Assembly (NCBI GenBank): GCA_964016885.1
Contig: OZ024740.1
Location: forward strand, 301,878,001-301,942,000
Direction: 5' to 3'
Source: Eledone cirrhosa
Lineage: Eukaryota
DNA length: 64,000 nucleotides
The translations under genes were made by a program, and so were the position numbers. Positions 55,801 to 64,000 of the stretch are shown here, one piece after another. The notes under the pieces are model-generated. The model worked only from the letters and a program-made list of their open reading frames with translations, searched no databases and was not told the DNA's origin. The stretch's first letter is position 1; the number at the start of each line of letters is the position of its first letter.

Positions 55801-56959
55801 ACCCCTAGTACATGCAAAATATTCCTCAAGCTTCAACTAAAATATCTAAGTAAAGTCGGAAAGATTGTTAAATGTGTTCCTTTTATGAAGCATTGTATTT
55901 TACATTTAATAGAGGATTATATATGTATGTTATTAAACATATTACTACACTGTTTAAATAATCTTAAATGTATATTTACTCTTCAGGGAACCATGGTAAA
56001 ATACCGGATAATTACGATTCCTCTCAGCAGATTTTATGTTGCAAACTTAATCGCAGGCTTGATTCGTTATCTCATGTAAAAGAAATTTGATGTTTTTCAT
56101 TCTTCTTATTAATTTTAATAATCTACCCGATATTTGTTTGATTTTGTAAATATATGTAAGTGTACGTCTAAATAAATGTCCAAATTCGATAAGCGCAGTC
56201 TTACTCTTGTTTTACCTTATTTACTTCAAGAAATCAATTCCCTGTTCACGGTCGCTATATTCTCCACGTGGTATTTCATCATAGTAATGAAGGCTTGGGC
56301 CGTGTGGTATAAATACACTGGATCCAGCCACTTAGCATTTAACACCACAATACCTCTTTAAGCAAGTCGAACTCGGCAAATTTTAAAATCAGAACATAAA
56401 AACACGGTAACTACTTAACACTTGAAAGTTTGTCCGTCACACTATCGATTCTTTTGTCAACCGCCTTCGCACAAGATGAATGTGTGTAAACAAACAAATA
56501 ATTATATTAATTCAACATATAAAAACTGTTTAAAGAATGAAACATATGACGTAATTGTGTTCGCATGGCAAGTGACTTGATCTAAGATTGTATGTGGGAA
56601 ACGAAATAATTGCATTATGAATAAAAAAAACATGATTCACATTCAAAACATATATGCTGTTACATTTACTTTTTGAAACACATTATAGCGTACAATACTC
56701 TCACGAATCTAAAATAAACTGACGGTAATGAAATACGTGTCATTTAAATTACTCTTTACTAATATTTGAATGCTTATATATATATATATATATGCATATA
56801 TATATATGTATGTGTGCATGTATGTGTATATGTGCGTGGGTGAATGCTTGTGGGTGTACGTATGTATATATGTGTACACATATAGAGGCGTATGTGAGTG
56901 TTTGTCTACACATTTATGCGTGTACATGCGCATCTGGACCCATGTGTACACACCGGCTC

Positions 56960-57255
56960 ACGCACAACATATTGTGCACCCTCAGCTCTAGCCCTACCCC
57001 GTGTGCCGGACCACTCTTCCACCCACCCTAACTCCCTTTTCTTTTTTATTTTCACCTGTATTTTGATTCTTTATTTTCTTTGCTTTTTTTATTATACAAT
57101 TCTGTTTTTATTCCTTTCATTCTACACTCCAAACTCTGTCATTCCTGATGAAGGGCAAATGCCCGACACGTTTACTGTTTCCGTTAGGATTTCTCTCAAG
57201 CGTGTAACTAATAAAACTTTTTTAAATCCATTTTAGGGTTTGTTTCTTGTATTGT
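56960..57255 (+). mobile_element. pLTR-like fragment with degenerate HHR (57145-57172)
   Basis: CTGATGA-aGGGC-aaat-GCCC-GACAC; related to 1-380. Confidence 0.55.
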
Positions 57256-57479
57256 CATTATATATGAGTGTGTGCGTGTATGTGTGTGTGGGGGGGGGGC
57301 GTGCGTGTATGTATAAATATACATATATACATATATGTTATTGTGTGTGTGTGCAGATATACACGGAAGTACACACACTAATGGTGTAATAAAATAGTTC
57401 CTTAACTAGAAAATAAATATTCAATTAGCATCATACATTTGGACATATACAACTACTATTCCTCTACTCCCCTAATCTT

Positions 57480-59530
57480 CTATATAGAGCCTTAATTGTG
57501 ACTAACTCTAAATGCAATCTGACTAGAACTGAAATGGACATGCTCCTCGCCACAAGAAATAAAATAATGTAATTTGATGTTAACATTTGGACCAGATAAA
57601 ACTGCCCCAATAACATTGATGTCAGAATGGGATCGAGTGACTCTGCTCAGGTCAGAGACTTAGTTGGACGTTTCTTACTAAACAACATACACGAGGATTT
57701 CTGCCTTCTTAACAGGTGATTTGTATCGTCATGATGCCTTTTCATAATAAAAGGCTATAATAGTAACCTTGATAGAACCCCCAAAAAAGTGTTTGCATCT
57801 CGGTTTTTTTTTTATATTACGAAGATATAATTAATAAAGTAGGGATAACATTCACGATTTCTAGTCCTAGAAATGACCTTTGAACAGAACAATGCGATTC
57901 ATTAACTTTACAATTAGGTGAGGACTCCCTTTTTAAAGTAAATATCTCTTAAATCTGCCTCGATCAATACATAAGTATTTCGTAAAAAACAAATGTAAGT
58001 AATAGAATGTATAAACAGTCCTCTAATAGAGTTATATTTAACCAAAATTCAGAATATTACAAGGAGGCGTTTACTAGATTTATAATGAAGAAATCCAACG
58101 CGACATAGATAAAAATAACTGTAATAATGGTTAAACACATAATTACCCACAATAGCATAATCACGCAGATCTAAATATGAACTTGATACAGAAACTAACC
58201 TAAGGAGACAAACGATAAAACCATTGATCATGAAAGACTTTAAAAATCGCATCTAACAGATATAGGGTTAGTGGTATTTTGAGAGAATGCAGGCATGACA
58301 GCAGAGATAGATGTGTGTGCCATAATAGAAATATAACTAGAAGAACCAAAAGCAACTAGAATGTTGGGGCACTTGTAGTAGGTTGGCTAGATTATCCTCA
58401 ACACAATAGTTGATTCTAAGGTTGCAGTGAATGAACATCTCAGGATTCTTCTGCAAGTTGACGTACGCAATAGCGGAAAGAGTGAAGATTGTGCAAGCGT
58501 ATGAGAACAGCTTTAATTAAGCAAACGAGTGAAATCTTTGAATTCAGGTTTCCGAGTAAATGATTTCAAAGAAGGATACAAATGTTAATTAAGAAGTTGT
58601 CTAGAACACTCCAACACAAAGAGACACTATACTTCGAACGCCGCAGGTTATTCAGGACAATCGCCATAGAAGTCGACACGTAAATTGGCACATAAGCAGG
58701 GGGCCAACGGGTGTAGAAAAGTCTGAAGTCGAATAGATATAATTTCGCATGTGTACAGCGATTAAAAGTGCATGGCAGGAGCAAACGTGTAATTTAAATT
58801 TATTTCTGTACCTACTTTATGCTACGGAACAGGGCTAAACAATATTTTATTATAATTGATAAAAATGTTTCCCAATCACGTAAGTACAACAGAGCTTTAA
58901 ACAAATTACAATCAAACTTCCCTCTCCAAAAAATCTAATTTAACAGAATATTTAGCACATAGTAACTGCGCTAACTTGCATAGGTATAATTTGACATCAG
59001 GCAATAGGGTTTATTCTATCAAAATAAGAGAAGGACTACCTAAAATTAAATATTACCTTTTTAGAAGTCCAAACTAGTTAAATAATCTTAATACTGTAGA
59101 TAATACTTATGCTAACCCAATAGCTAACACAAATTATAGATTAAGAAAAGCACAAAGTTGTCCTCTCGCTGGTAATAGCCTCACATCTAACATAGTATAT
59201 CAGTTCCCAGTGTCTAAACTTAATGCTAGTGAATCTTCCATCGAAGCAATGTGGAATAATTTCAATTCACCGTACTAATCCCTCGTCTACTCTTTTAAGA
59301 ATGTAATACTGAGAAATTCTAGCTCACTCGCCAATTCCCTATGGGATTTGAAAAAATGCAGAGATGTCTTACTCTTTATCTTCGACTTATTTGAAAACCG
59401 GAAGATTGTATGAGTCTGACAGCCAAAAATGCAATTCTTTTTTTAACTGAGTGCCTCTTAATTATTACGTCTAATCTAGAGTTATTGAATAAGAAGTTTA
59501 AAATAGTTTCAACTTGCCCACAGAGAAATT
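57480..59530 (+). mobile_element. Old degenerate PLE (RT to GIY-YIG), probably interrupted around 58260-58780
   Basis: DVRMGSSDSAQVRDLVG and LYRHD parallel MGSFDSADVCDL and YLDD at 24700-24910. CPLAGNSLTSNIVYQ and LLNKKFKIVSTC are GIY-YIG-region remnants. Confidence 0.7.
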
Positions 59531-61650
59531 TCTATTAATTTTGCTATTATATATTTGACAAAACTTAAACAATTTATCATAAATTTGAAATTAAGTCATG
59601 AATTTTGCATTATCTACCTTTACTGCCTATATCCTTAATAAGCAGCATACTCCTTTTTATATTAGTCATTTTATCCATATAACATTATTATGAAATTAAG
59701 TCCTCTCACGTCCTGTCTATAAGTTTTCTTAGATCTACACAGGAGATTTTGTTTACATTAAATTCCTAGATATCTCATAATAACTCGTATATAACGCACG
59801 TTGCTCACACTTTAATTGAATGCTAAATATTTTGGATTCGGATATCTGTTCATATATCTTAATATAACAGCGCTTTAAACGGTCAACTGTAGTGGCTAAC
59901 ATAGTCAATCGTCATGTTGTCACAAAAGCTTATTTTTCTGTTGGACAATAAAATGATTTCATTTAATAAGTCGAAAATATATTTGTGGGTATCGATATAA
60001 ACTATACTATATCTCGGAAGATTTATGTCTTACATTAGACCTTTTATGACCTCAATCTCCTTGAATGATGCTAAAAAAAACCCCAACGTATTCCTTCATC
60101 CATCTAATCAACAGTCTTCCGTATGTACGTTTTGAAAATATTATTTTTAATATCTGTAATTTATTGATTTACATTGTGGAATAACTTTCTTCTGATTGAG
60201 GCTCTAAGAACTTTTATCCGTTTTCCTGAGGCTGCTAGGCTGAGGAAAGCCATCTTGAAGCAGTAGTCATTGCTCAAATGCTTGCATCAAAGCGTACTCC
60301 CTCAAAGGCAGCATGTGGTCATGTTAAACGCCCACTTTTGCCTCTGCGGACTTTAAAATAACAACCTGATAATCTAAAGATTATTAATTTATTTAATGTT
60401 CCAAGAAGGATGAAATGCAATGCGAAGTTTGTCCATATGCGCAAAGAGGATAGAATACTACACATCGAAACCTACGAGGGTTCGTTTAATTCCTTTTTTT
60501 TAAAATAACATTTCAGTTAAGTTGAAAATCATTTAAATATAGGTATCCAACTCAATGCTGTACGAAACTTTCTGAATCATATTTATGATCGTCCATTTGT
60601 TTTAAAGATCAAATCCATTTATTATTAAGCAATCGGATTTCGTATGCTGGCATTACTCAAAAAGCCGACGGGTTTTAATATTCTATGAACCTACACTTTT
60701 CATAATTTCAGCAGTTTGTGGGGAGACATATCGTATCTCAGTAGTTGACTGGTTATGAAAATTCACTTTGATCTTGAGAGTGCTCCTGGTGCTATGATAC
60801 CAACCCCACCTAAGACTACCCCGAGATCTGAAATCAGTAAGAAAAACACTGTAAATAATACACTATAATTAGTTAGGTGATACATTAAATGGTGTTAGTA
60901 TTACATGATGAGACGTTGGTACAACAGCGTCTAACATTGTTTAAATATGAATTCAGTTTTTTCAGCAGGAGATACACTAATTCTAGAATAAGAGAGTTTT
61001 TTCAGCAAATCCCCAGATTTATATACAGGCATATACGTTCGGTGTTTTTCTGATTATTTTTTCTCTTTCGCCATTAATTCAACGGTTTTGGAAGAAAAGT
61101 TCTTTCTCATATTTCAAGTGAAAATTTATTAATAGAAAATAATTACAAAAATGAATAAGCAAGTAGAGAAAGGTGTTATTATAGTGTTTGTTGTTGTTTT
61201 GAATCTATTAAAGAAATTAAACACACAAAGTGTGATCATACACCCCCTTAGCGATTTCCCTTTATCCTTCGCTTAATTTCATTATTATATCGTAGTATTT
61301 GTTCATTGCCAATCGCGTCGATCTTCCGCCTACTTGACTCTTATCACAACATTTACCTCAACGGTAAAAGTTTTACAGTGCACGTTGTTTCATACTTTTC
61401 GCTTCCCTGCAACATCACTTAATAATCACTCCTCTATATTTCTACCATTATGTTCTTTTTCCTATTCTTTAATTTTACTATAAATCTCTTCAACCATTCC
61501 CAATTTTCTATTTACTTTCTTCTTTGCCTTTTCCAGCTTTCATTCAACACAATTTTCTGAGTCTTATATTTACTGTCAACAACAATGGTATACTTCTAAA
61601 GTGAAAATAAACGCACATATGTGTGTATATGCGTGTAAATATACACACAA

Positions 61651-61694
<44 letters not shown>

Positions 61695-61792
61695 TTATAT
61701 ATATATATATATATTTATATACATACATACACATGTATATATTGTATTGCGTGCCCCCGAGACCTTGTACGTGTGCGTTAGCATATGTAAGC

Positions 61793-61848
<56 letters not shown>

Positions 61849-61849
<1 letters not shown>

Positions 61850-61900
61850 GGCGGTGTCCCAGCATGGCCTCAGCTAGTCGGCTGGGACACGTAATAGAGT
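61849..61900 (+). repeat. Isolated SINE-tail-like hairpin
   Basis: GTGTCCCAGC...GCTGGGACAC forms a 10-bp stem. GGCGGTG.CCCAGCATGGCC resembles an octopus SINE tail (from memory). Confidence 0.45.
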
Positions 61901-62366
61901 AATGGAGTAACATATATATGTATATAGGGTATATATGTATGGGTTTGTATAATTGTTTATGTGTTTGAATGGGCGTATAACCAACACGTTATAAGGTGCG
62001 TTGGGGCCGGTTTGATATAGTAGAAAAACAGATAACTAACGTTCAACAACCATTTACCGCCTTCAAATGGAACAATACTTCTAAACCTATCGGGCATATA
62101 AAATTATTATTCGACCGTTAGATAGATTTCAATGCATTAGAAATTATTCGCTTGCTTAGAATTCCGTGAGGATTGTGTTGTATCTTAGTTTGTTTGCTCG
62201 TGTGTGATTAATATTTTTTTCCATAGTCCAGTAAAGCTATTCTAACACTATTGGTGTAAGCCCATGTTCGATGCAATTTTTCCTTGTGTTTTATAATTGT
62301 TTTCGGTTTTTCCTTATTATATCTAGTGATGTTTCTTCCTCTATATTTTCCTTATAGTATTATTAC

Positions 62367-62597
<231 letters not shown>

Positions 62598-62698
62598 TTT
62601 ATACTCTGCAATGTATTGAGTACCGTACTTACTGTGGTTACCTCCGATTCAACCCGGAATAACGTATATATATTTATATTTATCTATCTATCTCCCTT

Positions 62699-62759
<61 letters not shown>

Positions 62760-62885
62760 GTATGTCTGCGTTTTCGTGCGCGTATTGTGCGTAGAAGTGT
62801 GATGCCATGTAGACATTTATATATATGAGCACACTCACACACACAAACACACATACACACACACAAACACACACACGCACACGCA

Positions 62886-62943
<58 letters not shown>

Positions 62944-62950
62944 TACACAG

Positions 62951-62981
<31 letters not shown>

Positions 62982-63064
62982 TCATGAAATTGACCATTTA
63001 TTGATTTTTTTTACGTTTGAGTTATATTATTATTTAAGTATTATTGATACAAAAGGGTTAGACA

Positions 63065-63240
63065 CGCCACTAGAGCGTTAGACACCGTGCTTTGCATCAT
63101 AGAGTTACGGCCCTTTGTGGTCTGAGTTTAAATCCCGCCGAGTTTAACTTTGCGTTTCATCTTTACGAGGTCGATAAAGTAATGTACCAGTAATGCACTG
63201 GGATAATTGCTGACCTTGTGCCAAAAGTAGAAACAATTAT
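63065..63240 (+). mobile_element. tRNA-derived SINE
   Basis: Core and tail match 37721-37908. Confidence 0.85.
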
Positions 63241-63284
63241 TATTTAAGTGTTCTATAGAATGCATAAAACGTGTGTGACTAGAT

Positions 63285-63710
63285 AGAAAGACAATCTTCT
63301 TCGTCTTATTTGCCCACCTATTCTTGAGAAGGTCGTGGGGACAGAGTGCTCAAACGTCCTTCCAGCGGGTCCTGTCAGAAGCAACCGTTTCAAACTGATT
63401 GGGCTGGATTGCCAAGCGAGACCAGCCACGCTCTTGGATGTCGTCCAGCTCTTCATCTTCTGTCGCCTAGTTTTGCCCGTAAAATCTGTCAAGCGATACT
63501 TTCCTGAGATATTCTAAACACATGGGCATAGTATCGGAGCTGTGAGCCCTTAATTTGGAGAAATAATGGCTCTATTTGGAATGACTCGCTCATCTCCAAG
63601 CTACGATTTCTATCGAGCAGCCTACTCCAAATACCCCTCGGAAGAATGCAATTTCGGCCGCTTGTATTTGCGATCGTATACTTGAGGTAATTACCCAAGA
63701 ATCATGATAA
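63285..63710 (-). mobile_element. RTE-type LINE 3' fragment
   Basis: IEPLFLQIKGSQLRYYAHVFRI...GKTRR resembles the RTE C-terminal QLRW.GHv.Rm...G.R.rGRP motif. Confidence 0.7.
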
Positions 63711-64000
63711 GGGTTGGAACGAATACCGAATTGTGTAAATGGATCATGTCTCTGCCATTACCTTGCGTCAATCTTATTGAAAGCCATGCGTTTCCACATT
63801 GCACCATATAAATCCTTCAAGATAGAAACAATTACATCTGGTCAAGCTTTATAAGTGTCATGGGATACATGCTGATATATTTTATCAATATTTAGTAGTT
63901 AAGTTTTTTTAAATGTTAATACTGTAACCCGTGTCTCAATACGGGTGGTACTATAGATGTAGAATACAACCGCAAGCTTATTCAGCCAACGTCCTTTGAA

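Noticed and set aside
60238-60272. CTGAGGA-AAG-ccat-CTT-GAAGC...GTC
   Set aside because: GAAA is altered and there is no stem I; compatible with chance.

Overview
AT-rich, microsatellite-dense metazoan DNA with no host protein-coding gene I can support. A recurrent tRNA-derived SINE core (GAGTTCAAATCCCGCCGAGGTTAACTTTGCCTTTCATCC...GTCGATAAAATAAAGTACCAG) resembles octopus SINEs, so a cephalopod origin is likely; this is recognition from memory, not a search. The window is dominated by retroelements. There are at least six Penelope-like elements (PLEs; RT and/or GIY-YIG remnants), several with tandem and inverted pseudo-LTRs. There are also RTE and CR1-like LINE fragments, a DD37D (maT) Tc1/mariner remnant and about eight SINE copies. 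The main hidden signal is RNA-level: about 20 minimal type-I hammerhead ribozyme (HHR) motifs from about 12 sequence families, read by eye. They include two non-coding HHR tandem arrays (316 bp and about 440 bp units, retrozyme-like), compensatory U3-A8 core variants, HHRs with large stem II insertions and a fold-back double HHR. Most short ORFs in the track are microsatellite artefacts. All folds and alignments are manual and coordinates of degenerate elements are approximate.
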